IMG/VR virus record: IMGVR_UViG_3300029319_000025
Location: 5,110 to 69,109 of that record
DNA: 64,000 nucleotides
Origin: a virus
Strand: one strand, 5' to 3'
Shown here: piece after piece, positions 1 to 10,057 of the stretch
Layout of the letters: the number at the start of each line of letters is the position of its first letter
Position numbering within the stretch: position 1 is the first letter of the stretch
Notes under the pieces: generated by a model
Database searches by the model: none
The model's input: only the letters and a program-made list of their open reading frames with translations
Told to the model about the DNA's origin: nothing
Position numbers and translations under genes: made by a program

Positions 1-1
1 T

Positions 2-442
2 GAATTATGTGTGAGTGAAGGAGATGATGTTTTAGAAATAGGATTTGGTATGGGTATATTATCTGATGCCATACAAGCTAGAAACCCTAAATCTCACACA
101 ATTATAGAATGTCACAAAGACATTATACCTAAATTGAAAGAGTGGGCAAGTGATAAAAGCAACGTAACAGTTGTAGAGGGTTTATGGGTGAATAAATTAA
201 TAGATATGCAAACTAAGTTTGACGCAATATTGCAAGATACTTATGGTGATGAATATTTACACTCACTACCTTTTCATATAGAATTTGTTCGTAAACCACA
301 GTGCAAGTTTACATACTGGAACGCTCCTACTGATTTAGGTTGTGATAATGTAGAATATCACGAGGTAGATATAAATCCACCTAGCAATAAATATTATAGT
401 TCAAATAAGTATAACATACCAATAGTAAATTATCTATCATGA
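2..442 (+). CDS. Class I SAM-dependent methyltransferase, GAMT/Rmt2-like (5'-truncated by window)
   Basis: Motif I DVLEIGFGMG, acidic strand-2 HTIIECH, FDAILQDTY; frame is open to the window start. Confidence 0.75.
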   Translation, partial: ELCVSEGDDVLEIGFGMGILSDAIQARNPKSHTIIECHKDIIPKLKEWASDKSNVTVVEGLWVNKLIDMQTKFDAILQDTYGDEYLHSLPFHIEFVRKPQCKFTYWNAPTDLGCDNVEYHEVDINPPSNKYYSSNKYNIPIVNYLS

Positions 443-1008
443 CAATGCAAGCAAGTGGACAAATAAGTCTACAAGACATACGAGATGAAATAGATAACGA
501 CGAAGATGATTTTTCGTTGGCTGACGCTAATACTGGTCAGTACGAAACTATAAACATTAGTAATTTAAATGCCAACAAACCTGATAATTCTACACCTCAC
601 GCTTTGAGTGAGTGGTATAAATACCAACACTCGCCAACTTCGGTTAGTACAAGTCCAGGTTCTAATTTAAATATAAGTGCTAATGGTGCTAGTAACCAAT
701 CAATATCTGTTACACATAGACAATACTCTACTTGGTATGTGTCATCAAAGCCAAGTTGGATTACTATAACATCAGGTAATTATGGTAGTAGTAACGCTGA
801 TACAGGTAGTGGAACTGTAACATATAATGTTAGTTCTAATAGTGGTAGCTCAAGAAGTGGAACTATTACAGTAACATTAAATGTAGGTACCACCAACGGT
901 ACTCATCCTAGTGGTACAAATAGTACTACAACAAGAAATACAAGTGTTTCTCAAGCTAGTGGTGAAGGCGGCGGAGGCGGCGGCGGAGGCGGTCGTGGTG
1001 AACCATAG
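439..1008 (+). CDS. Virion/tail-associated protein with BACON-like Ig domain
   Basis: N-terminal SGQISLQDI motif common in phage tail-tip proteins; W..SSKPSWITI...GSGTVTYNV..N....RSGTITV is BACON-like; Gly-rich tail. Confidence 0.6.
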   Translation: MTMQASGQISLQDIRDEIDNDEDDFSLADANTGQYETINISNLNANKPDNSTPHALSEWYKYQHSPTSVSTSPGSNLNISANGASNQSISVTHRQYSTWYVSSKPSWITITSGNYGSSNADTGSGTVTYNVSSNSGSSRSGTITVTLNVGTTNGTHPSGTNSTTTRNTSVSQASGEGGGGGGGGGRGEP

Positions 1009-1009
1009 G

Positions 1010-1037
1010 TAAAAAATGTGAAAATAGCGTAATAATA
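1010..1037 (+). promoter_or_regulatory. Putative middle/late phage promoter TAAAW-N14-GTAATWNTA
   Basis: TAAAA-N14-GTAATAATA; same spacing at 28089 and 54176, N15 at 45479 (- strand). Confidence 0.45.
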
Positions 1038-1042
1038 TAATC

Positions 1043-1372
1043 ATGGCAATAACATACAAATATACAATAGACAGAATAAGAACAGCTCCCGCGTTATACG
1101 ATTTAACAAACGTTGTAACGGAGGTAGACTATACTTACGAAGCTAGTGAAGGAACAGGTAGTGACAAAGTAACAGCTGACATGAGTGGTGTAGCTGTGTT
1201 AGGACAACCAGATTCTGAAAACTTTATAGCTTTAGAAAGTTTAACTGAAGCTAACGTAAGAGAGTTTGTTAAAGCTGTAGCTGATGTAGACGGAAATAAA
1301 AAAAGACTACAGAGAATGCTAGAAGAAAAGAAAGTCCCAAAGGCTGTTAAAACAGATCTACCTTGGGCATAA
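1043..1372 (+). CDS. Phage protein, possible tail-fibre assembly/chaperone-type
   Basis: MAITY...LPW pattern typical of small proteins following tail fibres in marine phages. Confidence 0.5.
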   Translation: MAITYKYTIDRIRTAPALYDLTNVVTEVDYTYEASEGTGSDKVTADMSGVAVLGQPDSENFIALESLTEANVREFVKAVADVDGNKKRLQRMLEEKKVPKAVKTDLPWA

Positions 1373-1403
1373 ATTAAGTTTAATTAAATAAATAATAAAT
1401 ATT

Positions 1404-1667
1404 ATGGCAAAAGACGTAAAAAAAATCAAAGACGAGCAATTAGAAGAGTTACAAGGTAAACTCAAAATGATTGACGGTATTAGACTACAAGTAGGTACTT
1501 TAGAAAATCAAAAGTTTGCATACTTAAACCAAATGGCTGCGGTACAACAAGAGTTGAACCAAATGCAAAATGATTTACAAGATGAGTACGGAAAAGTTAG
1601 TATCAATGTTACCGATGGTACTATTACTGAGATACCTGAAGAAGATGAAGCTGATAAGAAAGATTAG
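1404..1667 (+). CDS. Coiled-coil hypothetical protein
   Basis: 87-aa ORF with AT-rich start context and heptad-rich sequence. Confidence 0.7.
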   Translation: MAKDVKKIKDEQLEELQGKLKMIDGIRLQVGTLENQKFAYLNQMAAVQQELNQMQNDLQDEYGKVSINVTDGTITEIPEEDEADKKD

Positions 1668-1863
1668 TATCGGTAAAGATTATAAAAATGAAGCTATGCA
1701 TTACTCCGTGGGTCAAGAGGTCTACGGAGGGCATACTATTAATGCAATAGTTGAAGATGAAGATAAATACAGTATTTTTATTGAAAAAGGTAATGATATA
1801 ATTCCTTGGAAAGATTTTAATAAAAATATGGCAATAGCAATAGAATATAATTTAGAATATTAA
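1645..1863 (+). CDS. Hypothetical phage protein (start revised to MKLIRK)
   Basis: ATG at 1645 overlaps the end of the previous gene; stop overlaps the next ATG (TAATG). Confidence 0.65.
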   Translation: MKLIRKISIGKDYKNEAMHYSVGQEVYGGHTINAIVEDEDKYSIFIEKGNDIIPWKDFNKNMAIAIEYNLEY

Positions 1864-2453
1864 TGCATGGTTTGTTTGATTTTATTATAAAGCCTGTCGG
1901 TAATAGATACAATAATACAAAAAAAATAGGCGACAAGGAATTAATAATAAATACTCGTATTGAAGAGCATAAGAATATAAATAGAACTGCTGTTGTGTTA
2001 GCTGTTCCAAAACATTATAAAACCAGTGTTAAAGTTGGTGATGAAATAATCGTACATCATAATATTTTTAGAAAATCATATGACGTTCGAGGAAAAGCGC
2101 AGAACAGTAGATTCTATATAAATGAAGAAATGTACGCTTGTCCTGTAGACTGTGTGTTTTTATATAAAAGAAATAATAAATGGAAACCTATTGATGGTTA
2201 TTCTTTTATAAAACCACTAGTAAACGACAATGTGTATAGCACAAACGCTGAAAAATATTGTGTTGGTATTATAAAATATTGTAGTGATTTGCATGAGCCC
2301 GGAGATGTTATAGGCTTCAGGAACAATATTGAGCATGAGTTTGTTATAGACGGTGAGCTTCTTTATAAAATAAAATCTAATTTAATACAAATAAAGTATG
2401 AGCGTAAAGGAAACGAAAAAGAATATAATCCAAGCTGGGCACAAAGCGGTTGA
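1863..2453 (+). CDS. GroES-like (co-chaperonin fold, apparently tandem) protein
   Basis: FIIKP...AVVLAVP...VKVGDEIIV and a second FIKP...GIIKY...PGDVIGF repeat. Confidence 0.55.
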   Translation: MHGLFDFIIKPVGNRYNNTKKIGDKELIINTRIEEHKNINRTAVVLAVPKHYKTSVKVGDEIIVHHNIFRKSYDVRGKAQNSRFYINEEMYACPVDCVFLYKRNNKWKPIDGYSFIKPLVNDNVYSTNAEKYCVGIIKYCSDLHEPGDVIGFRNNIEHEFVIDGELLYKIKSNLIQIKYERKGNEKEYNPSWAQSG

Positions 2454-2676
2454 AGAATTAATAAAAGTAGCTAAAGAAGCTATTGTTGATAGTGAAGACG
2501 ATATTAGTGCTGATAGATTAAAAAATGCAGCCGCTACAAAAAAGCTAGCTATATTTGATGCTTTTGAAATATTAAATAGAATACAAGAAGAGCAAGACAT
2601 GCTTGATGGTAAAACAAAAGAAGAGGATAAAAAAGATAATACTTTTTCTGGTTTTGCTGAAAAAAGATCTAAGTAA
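2398..2676 (+). CDS. Putative terminase small subunit
   Basis: Small helical protein translationally coupled to TerL. Confidence 0.45.
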   Translation: MSVKETKKNIIQAGHKAVEELIKVAKEAIVDSEDDISADRLKNAAATKKLAIFDAFEILNRIQEEQDMLDGKTKEEDKKDNTFSGFAEKRSK

Positions 2677-4892
2677 TGTACAAGCAAACTTTATATAAGG
2701 TTGTAGAACCTATAAAAATAAATACCATTAAAAGATTAAATAAATCTAAAAAATGGGAGTATGGATATAATCAAGAGCACGATGTTGTTGTTATATCTAA
2801 AACAGGTATGATAGGTGAAATATATGAGATACAAAACCTCAAAATAGCTTTACCACAACAACCTAAACAAATACATAAGTTTAAAAGTAATAAATGGGAG
2901 GTAACAGAATATCCCAAAGAGTTAAATAGAATTAAAACAATATTTGACTGGAAAGAGTACCCAAAAGAATTTAAAAGTAAGTACATAGATTATATAGAAA
3001 ATGAGTTTAAAAAAAGAGAAGAAGGTTTTTGGTATTATAATAAAAGCAAGCCTACTTATATTACTGGCACTCATTATATGTACTTGCAGTGGAGTAAGAT
3101 TGACGTCGGGAAACCAGACTTTCGTGAAGCAAATAGATTATTCTACATTTTCTGGGAAGCTTGCAAAGCAGACAGAAGGAGTTATGGAATGTGCTATCTT
3201 AAAAACCGTAGATCGGGATTCTCGTTTATGGCCAGTGGAGAAACAGTTAATATGGCTACAATTAGTTCCGATTCACGATTCGGCATATTGTCCAAATCTG
3301 GTCCCGATGCCAAGAAAATGTTCACAGATAAAGTCGTCCCAATATCGGTCAATTATCCGTTCTTTTTTAAACCGATACAGGACGGTATGGACCGTCCCAA
3401 GACCGAGCTCGCATATAGAGTACCCGCAAGTAAGCTCACAAGACGGAACATTACAAATACCACCGATCGTCCAGAAGCCCTCGAAGGACTCGATACAACG
3501 ATCGATTGGAAGAATACCGGTGATAACTCCTATGATGGAGAGAAACTTAAACTTCTCGTCCACGACGAATCAGGGAAATGGGAAAGGCCGAACAACATCC
3601 TCAACAACTGGAGGGTCACAAAAACGACACTACGATTAGGTAGTAGAATTATTGGTAAATGTATGATGGGGTCAACGAGTAACGCTCTTGACAAAGGAGG
3701 TGATAACTTTAAAAAACTATATGATGCTTCAGATGTCACAAAGCGAAACAGAAACGGCCAGACAAAATCTGGGTTATATTCTTTTTTTATCCCAATGGAG
3801 TGGAACTACGAAGGATTTATTGACGAGTACGGCATTCCAGTATTTGATAGTCCAGACAATGATGTCATCGGACCAGATGGGGAACTAATAGATATAGGTG
3901 TTATAGATCATTGGCAAAATGAAGTTGATGGTTTGAAAAATGATCAAGACGCTTTAAATGAATTTTATAGACAGTTTCCAAGAAGTGAAGATCATGCATT
4001 TAGAGATGAAACTAAAAACAGTATATTTAATTTAGTAAAAATATACGAACAAATAGATTATATAAACGACAGCACTAAAACACATTTAGTTACTCAAGGT
4101 AGTTTTCAATGGGTTAACGGTGTAAAAGACACTAGAGTATTTTTTGCACCAAACCAAAATGGTAGGTTTTATGTTAGTTGGGTTCCTGATAATAACATGC
4201 AAAACAATGTTGTTGTTCGTAATGGTAAAAAATACCCTGGCAACGAGCACGTAGGTGCTTTTGGTTGCGATAGTTATGACATATCAGGTACTGTAGATAA
4301 TAAAGGATCAAAAGGATCTTTACATGGACTTACTAAGTTTAGTATGGAAAATGTACCACCAAACCATTTTTTCTTAGAGTATATAGCTAGACCACAAACC
4401 GCTGAAATGTTTTTTGAAGACGTTTTAATGGCTTGTGTTTTTTACGGTATGCCAATACTTGCAGAAAACAATAAACCAAGATTATTATATTATTTTAAAC
4501 GTAGAGGTTATAGAAACTTTAGTATGAACAGACCTGATAAAGTTTGGAATAAATTATCAACAGCTGAAAAAGAAATAGGTGGTATACCTAATTCTAGTGA
4601 AGACATAAGGCAAGCACATGCCGCAGCTATAGAAACTTATATACAAAAATATATAGGTTTAAAAGAAGACCACACTTATGGTGATATGTATTTTAATAGA
4701 ACTTTAACTGATTGGTCTGGATTTGATATTAATAATAGAACAAAATATGATGCAACAATTAGCTCAGGGTTAGCTATAATGGCTTGTAATAGAAACTTAT
4801 ACAAACCAGTTGCTGATAAAAAAAGTATAAAAATTTCTTTTGGATTATCTAAGTATAATAACAAAGGAGTAACGTCGAAAATAATAGAATAA
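2676..4892 (+). CDS. Terminase large subunit
   Basis: Walker A-like LKNRRSGFS, Walker B LLVHDESGK, coupling motif GST, nuclease GCDSYD; upstream of portal. Confidence 0.9.
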   Translation: MYKQTLYKVVEPIKINTIKRLNKSKKWEYGYNQEHDVVVISKTGMIGEIYEIQNLKIALPQQPKQIHKFKSNKWEVTEYPKELNRIKTIFDWKEYPKEFKSKYIDYIENEFKKREEGFWYYNKSKPTYITGTHYMYLQWSKIDVGKPDFREANRLFYIFWEACKADRRSYGMCYLKNRRSGFSFMASGETVNMATISSDSRFGILSKSGPDAKKMFTDKVVPISVNYPFFFKPIQDGMDRPKTELAYRVPASKLTRRNITNTTDRPEALEGLDTTIDWKNTGDNSYDGEKLKLLVHDESGKWERPNNILNNWRVTKTTLRLGSRIIGKCMMGSTSNALDKGGDNFKKLYDASDVTKRNRNGQTKSGLYSFFIPMEWNYEGFIDEYGIPVFDSPDNDVIGPDGELIDIGVIDHWQNEVDGLKNDQDALNEFYRQFPRSEDHAFRDETKNSIFNLVKIYEQIDYINDSTKTHLVTQGSFQWVNGVKDTRVFFAPNQNGRFYVSWVPDNNMQNNVVVRNGKKYPGNEHVGAFGCDSYDISGTVDNKGSKGSLHGLTKFSMENVPPNHFFLEYIARPQTAEMFFEDVLMACVFYGMPILAENNKPRLLYYFKRRGYRNFSMNRPDKVWNKLSTAEKEIGGIPNSSEDIRQAHAAAIETYIQKYIGLKEDHTYGDMYFNRTLTDWSGFDINNRTKYDATISSGLAIMACNRNLYKPVADKKSIKISFGLSKYNNKGVTSKIIE

Positions 4893-7304
4893 ATGGCAAT
4901 TACTACACAAAAAAATCATAGTTTTCCAAGTAACGCGGTCTCAGATGCTGAGAAAGCAAGCATGGAATATGGCAAGCGAGTCGCTTTAGCTATAGAACAC
5001 GAGTGGTTTAAAAATGACGCTGGTACAAATAAGTACATACACTCTAAGCAAAGATATAATGATTTAAAGTTATATGCTAGAGGAGAACAGTCTGTACAAA
5101 AATATAAAGATGAGTTATCTATAAATGGTGATTTATCTTATCTTAATTTAGACTGGAGACCAGTACCTATTATACCTAAGTTTGTAGATATAGTAGTAAA
5201 CGGTATATCAGACAGATCTTATGAATTAAAAGCTTACTCACAAGATCCAGTTGCTGCGGCAAAAAGAACTAAGTATATTGAAGATATTGTAAAAGATATG
5301 GAAAACAAGGAGTTTTATACTGATGCAGAAGCTCAGTTAAATGTTCCTATGTTTAAATCTGAAAACTTAAACCCGGATGAGTTACCAGAAAATAACGAAG
5401 AGCTATCTTTGCATATGCAGTTAAATTATAAACAAAGTATTGAAATAGCCGAAGAAGAGGCTATAAACAACTTGTTTGATTTAAATGATTATGATTTAAT
5501 AAAGAAAAGATTAGATTATGATTTAACTGTATTAGGTATAGCTTGTGTTAAAAACTACTTTAATGTTTCTGATGGAGTTAAGTTAAAGTATGTTGACCCT
5601 GTTGATATAGTTTACTCTTATACTGAGTCACCTTATTTTGATGACTTGTATTATGTTGGTGAAGTTGAAAGAGTAGCTGTTTCTGATTTAGCTAAAAGAT
5701 TTCCAAACTTAACTAACGAAGAGTTAAAAGAAATAGAAGATGGTTCTCCTGGTGATTTTTATAGAACAGCAAGAACTGACGATAACTTTGTACACGTATT
5801 AAACTTTGAATATAAGACTTACAAAAAACAAGTATATAAAATTAAAAAAGGAGCTAGTGGTAATGACAAAGCATTAGAAAAAGATGATACTTTTAACCCA
5901 CCAAAAGATGATAGATCAAGATTTAAAAAATTAGACAGATCTATAGAAGTTATTTATTGCGGTACTAAAATAATTGGTTATGACAAAATGTTAGACTGGG
6001 GTATGGCAGAAAATATGACAAGACCAAAAGCTGATTTAACAAAAGTTAAAATGTCTTATCAAATATGTGCTCCAAGACTATATAAAGGTAGACCTGAGTC
6101 TTTAGTTAGTAGAATGACTAGCTTTGCTGACATGATACAAATAACACATTTAAAACTTCAACAAGTTTTATCAAGACTAGTACCAGATGGTGTTTATATG
6201 GATGCTGATGGTATTGCTGAAATAGATTTAGGTAACGGCACAAACTATAATCCACAAGAAGCATTAAACATGTACTTCCAAACCGGTAGTGTTATTGGTA
6301 GATCAATGACACAAGATGGTGACTTTAACCAAGGTAAAGTTCCAATACAAGAATTAAGGTCTAGTGGTGGTAATCAAAAAATAGCTAGTTTAATACAAAC
6401 TTATAATTACTACATGCAGATGATGCGTGATGTAACCGGATTAAACGAAGCAAGAGATGGTAGTATGCCTGATAGTAATTCTTTAGTGGGTATACAAAAA
6501 ATGGCAGCTGCAAATAGTAACACAGCTACAAGACATATATTACAAGCTGGTTTATATTTAACTTTAAAAACAGCTGAGTGTTTATCGCTTAGAATATCTG
6601 ATGTATTAGAATATTCAAATACAAAACAACAGTTTTTAAATACATTAGGTAAGTTTAATGTTGCTACGTTAAGCGAAGTTAGCGAGCTTCATATGCATGA
6701 TTTTGGTGTTTATTTAGATTTAATGCCAGATGAAGAAGAAAAACAACTGTTAGAAAACAATATACAAATGGCAATACAGAAAGATCAAATAAATCTTGAA
6801 GATGCTATTGATATACGTGAAGTTAAAAACTTAAAACTAGCTAATCAACTTTTAAAACTTAGAAGAAAGAAAAAACAAGAGCTTGATAGACAGATGCAAA
6901 TGCAAAATATACAAGCTCAAACAGAGTCTAATGCTAAAGCTGCTGAAGCTGCTGCAGCTGCAGATATGCAAAAGCAACAAGCGCTTGCTCAAACTAAAAC
7001 TCAAATAGCACAAGCTCAAAGTCAATTTGATATTGCTAAAATGGAAAGAGAAGCTGCTATTAAAAAAGAGTTAATGGAATTTGAATTTAACCTAAATATG
7101 AGGTTAAAAACACAAGAAATGCAAGTGATTAAGAGTAGAGAGGACAATAAAGAAGATCGTAAAGACAAAAGAACACAAATGCAAGCTACTCAACAAAGTG
7201 AGTTGATAGAGCAGCGAAAAGGAAACACTGGCCCAAAAAACTTTGAATCTAAAGGTTTTGATAACCTAGATGGTTTTGGTTTAGAACAATTTGAGCCAAG
7301 GTAA
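4893..7304 (+). CDS. Portal protein
   Basis: 803 aa after TerL; VPIIPKFVDIVVNG motif; long C-terminal coiled coil (podoviral barrel). Confidence 0.85.
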   Translation: MAITTQKNHSFPSNAVSDAEKASMEYGKRVALAIEHEWFKNDAGTNKYIHSKQRYNDLKLYARGEQSVQKYKDELSINGDLSYLNLDWRPVPIIPKFVDIVVNGISDRSYELKAYSQDPVAAAKRTKYIEDIVKDMENKEFYTDAEAQLNVPMFKSENLNPDELPENNEELSLHMQLNYKQSIEIAEEEAINNLFDLNDYDLIKKRLDYDLTVLGIACVKNYFNVSDGVKLKYVDPVDIVYSYTESPYFDDLYYVGEVERVAVSDLAKRFPNLTNEELKEIEDGSPGDFYRTARTDDNFVHVLNFEYKTYKKQVYKIKKGASGNDKALEKDDTFNPPKDDRSRFKKLDRSIEVIYCGTKIIGYDKMLDWGMAENMTRPKADLTKVKMSYQICAPRLYKGRPESLVSRMTSFADMIQITHLKLQQVLSRLVPDGVYMDADGIAEIDLGNGTNYNPQEALNMYFQTGSVIGRSMTQDGDFNQGKVPIQELRSSGGNQKIASLIQTYNYYMQMMRDVTGLNEARDGSMPDSNSLVGIQKMAAANSNTATRHILQAGLYLTLKTAECLSLRISDVLEYSNTKQQFLNTLGKFNVATLSEVSELHMHDFGVYLDLMPDEEEKQLLENNIQMAIQKDQINLEDAIDIREVKNLKLANQLLKLRRKKKQELDRQMQMQNIQAQTESNAKAAEAAAAADMQKQQALAQTKTQIAQAQSQFDIAKMEREAAIKKELMEFEFNLNMRLKTQEMQVIKSREDNKEDRKDKRTQMQATQQSELIEQRKGNTGPKNFESKGFDNLDGFGLEQFEPR

Positions 7305-7305
7305 T

Positions 7306-7330
7306 TTTTAACTATTTAATTATATTATAT
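7306..7330 (+). repeat. 25-nt identical leader (copy 1; copy 2 at 10032-10056)
   Basis: TTTTAACTATTTAATTATATTATAT, 1 nt before ATGGAA in both genes. Confidence 0.75.
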
Positions 7331-7331
7331 T

Positions 7332-8507
7332 ATGGAAGAAAAAGAAAACGTAGTTGAAGAAACTACACAAGATACAGTTGAAGAAACTGTTGATAAGGTT
7401 GAGGAACCTAAAAAAGAAGAAAAACCTAAAACTCCTCTTAATGAGGACGGAGATTATAAAGTAGATTTGTCTAACCCTAAAATTAAAGAAGATGCCATAC
7501 GGGAAAACGAAAAGCAAGATGACGAAAAAAGTAGTCAAGAAAAGCAAGAAAAAAATGAAGAAAAGCAAGAAGTAATTCTTGAAGAAATTACAGATGAAGA
7601 ACCAAAGCCTGTAAAAGAAGAAGAAGAGGTTGAGGTTGAAGAACCTGTGCAAAAAGAACAAACTCCAGGAATGGAACTACCAGAAAATGTTGAAAAACTC
7701 GTGCAGTTTATGAACGAGACTGGTGGAACTATTGAGGACTACGTCAAACTCAATAAGGATTATTCAAATTTTGATGATAACAACTTATTAAGAGAATATT
7801 ATCAAAAAACAAAGCCACATTTAACTTTAGAAGAAATATCTTTTTTAATGGAAGATAAATTTTCATTTGATGAAGAGATAGATGAGGCACGTGACGTAAA
7901 ACGTAAAAAGCTTGCTTATAAAGAAGCGGTTGCAGAAGCTAAACAGCATCTGGAAGGTTTGAAAGGTAAATATTACGAAGATCTTAAGTTAGGGTCTAAG
8001 TTAACCAAAGAACAACAGAAAGCTATTAACTTCTTTAATCGTTATAATAAAGAGCAGGAACAAGCAAACGAACTACAACAACAAGCAAAAAAAATATTTA
8101 ACAAGCAGACTGATAAAGTTTTTAATGAAGACTTCAAAGGTTTTGATTTTAAAGTTGGAGACAAGAAATATCGCTACAATGTTAAAGACGTGCAAGGTGT
8201 TAAGGAAGATCAAAGTGAGTTTGTAAAATGGTTATCTCCATATATAGATAGAGATAAAAACGTTTTAATAAACGCTAGTGATTACCATAAAACACTATTT
8301 GCAGGTAAAAACGCAGATGCTATTGCAACGCATTTTTATGAGCAAGGTAAAGCAGACGCTATTAAAGACATGACTAGTAAAGCCAAAAATATTAATATGG
8401 ATGCTAGAAAAACTGATAGTGGTGTTGTTGATACTGGAGGTATAAAAGTCAGAGCGATTAGCGGTGACGATAGTTCTAAGCTTAAATTTAAACTTAAAAA
8501 TTATTAA
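7332..8507 (+). CDS. Putative capsid scaffolding protein
   Basis: Highly acidic N-terminus, coiled coils, lies between portal and MCP. Confidence 0.7.
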   Translation: MEEKENVVEETTQDTVEETVDKVEEPKKEEKPKTPLNEDGDYKVDLSNPKIKEDAIRENEKQDDEKSSQEKQEKNEEKQEVILEEITDEEPKPVKEEEEVEVEEPVQKEQTPGMELPENVEKLVQFMNETGGTIEDYVKLNKDYSNFDDNNLLREYYQKTKPHLTLEEISFLMEDKFSFDEEIDEARDVKRKKLAYKEAVAEAKQHLEGLKGKYYEDLKLGSKLTKEQQKAINFFNRYNKEQEQANELQQQAKKIFNKQTDKVFNEDFKGFDFKVGDKKYRYNVKDVQGVKEDQSEFVKWLSPYIDRDKNVLINASDYHKTLFAGKNADAIATHFYEQGKADAIKDMTSKAKNINMDARKTDSGVVDTGGIKVRAISGDDSSKLKFKLKNY

Positions 8508-8530
8508 TTAAACTTTAAACATTAAATAAA

Positions 8531-9988
8531 ATGGCAGGAGTAAATTTTTCAGGGCCAGGTGCAGCGGGATTAGTCTCGCCGGCTCAAAGTAAGATAACAC
8601 TTGATAGTGCTTATCTAGACATCCGTAACAGCGGATGGGCACAACAATATCTGCCTGACCTATACGAAGCTGAAATTGAAAGATATGGAGACAGATCTAT
8701 CGGTGGATTCTTAGCAATGGTTGGTGCAGAAATGCCTATGTCTTCTGATCAAGTAATTTGGTCTGAGCAAGGTAGATTACATTTAGCTTACCACGCAACA
8801 GTTAATACAACTACGGGTGCAGTTTCAAATCCTAAGGATATTGACAACCCTGGTGGTGCTGATATTGCAATGAGTGTAAGAGTAGGACAAACTGTAGTAT
8901 GTCAAGTAACAGACGGTACTGTAAAGCACGTATTTAAAGGACAAATTACTGTAGCTGCAGCTGATGGAGCAACTTGTACTATTAAGCCTTATGATGTTGC
9001 TAACATTAGCAACTTTGCAAACGTAAGTGGTACTGCAAAACCTATTAAGTTCTTCGTTTATGGTTCTGATTTCAAAAAAGGAACTGGCGGACTTGGTGGC
9101 GGAGTAGAAGCTGAGTTTAAATCTTTCAAAAACAAGCCAATGATTATTAAAGACGAGTTCCAGATCAATGGATCTGACGCGGCTGCAATTGGTTGGGTTG
9201 AAGTTTCTGGTGAAGCTGGACAATCAGGTTACTTATGGTACCTAAAGTCTTCAGGTGATACAGAAAAAAGATTTGAAGATTATTTAGAGATGACAATGAT
9301 GGAAGCTGTTGAAGTTGATTCTACCTCTACAGCAACAGGAACTGGATCGCAAGGTCTATTTGCTGCTTTAGAAGAAAGAGGTCTTATCGGTGATTCAGGT
9401 ATGTTTGACGGTGGTGCAGGTAACTCGCCAGCTTCAAATGACGATCTTGAAGACTTTGACGTTCTTTTACAAGAGTTAGACAAGCAAGGTGGTATTCAAG
9501 AGAACATGATGTTCTTAAACAGAGAAGCTGCTTTAGCTGTAGATGATTTATTAGCTGGTGTAAATTCACACTATGCTGGTGGTGTAAACTACGGTGTGTT
9601 TAACAACTCTGAGGATATGGCGTTAAATTTAGGTTTCAATGGTTTTAGAAGAGCATCTTATGACTTCTACAAAACTGACTGGAAATATCTAAATAATAAG
9701 TCAACTAGATTCTTAGTAAACGATGGTGCTACTGTTGGTAAAATCGAAGGTATGTTAGTTCCAGCTGGAACAACTAGTGTCTACGATGAAAACCTTGGTA
9801 AAAACATCAGACGTCCTTTCTTACATGTAAGATATAGAGCGTCTCAAGCAGATGATAGAAAACTTAAAAAATGGACAACTGGATCTGTAGGTGCTGCGAC
9901 ATCTGATCTTGATGCTATGAAAGTACACTATCTATCTGAAAGATGTATCGTTGCTCAAGGAGCGAATAACTTCGTATTATTCAGATAA
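8531..9988 (+). CDS. Major capsid protein
   Basis: 485 aa after the scaffold, followed by a strong terminator; high-expression codon usage (TTC/AAC/ATC). Confidence 0.85.
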   Translation: MAGVNFSGPGAAGLVSPAQSKITLDSAYLDIRNSGWAQQYLPDLYEAEIERYGDRSIGGFLAMVGAEMPMSSDQVIWSEQGRLHLAYHATVNTTTGAVSNPKDIDNPGGADIAMSVRVGQTVVCQVTDGTVKHVFKGQITVAAADGATCTIKPYDVANISNFANVSGTAKPIKFFVYGSDFKKGTGGLGGGVEAEFKSFKNKPMIIKDEFQINGSDAAAIGWVEVSGEAGQSGYLWYLKSSGDTEKRFEDYLEMTMMEAVEVDSTSTATGTGSQGLFAALEERGLIGDSGMFDGGAGNSPASNDDLEDFDVLLQELDKQGGIQENMMFLNREAALAVDDLLAGVNSHYAGGVNYGVFNNSEDMALNLGFNGFRRASYDFYKTDWKYLNNKSTRFLVNDGATVGKIEGMLVPAGTTSVYDENLGKNIRRPFLHVRYRASQADDRKLKKWTTGSVGAATSDLDAMKVHYLSERCIVAQGANNFVLFR

Positions 9989-10000
9989 TCATTTTTTTAA

Positions 10001-10036
10001 AGAGTTAGGCGCTTCGGCGCCTAGCCCTTTATTTTA
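10001..10036 (+). terminator. Intrinsic terminator after MCP
   Basis: TAGGCGC-TTCG-GCGCCTA hairpin followed by T-rich run. Confidence 0.85.
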
Positions 10037-10056
10037 ACTATTTAATTATATTATAT
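10032..10056 (+). repeat. 25-nt identical leader (copy 2)
   Basis: Identical to 7306-7330. Confidence 0.75.
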
Positions 10057-10057
10057 C

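Noticed and set aside
967-999. GGC/GGA microsatellite
   Set aside because: Explained by a poly-Gly codon run
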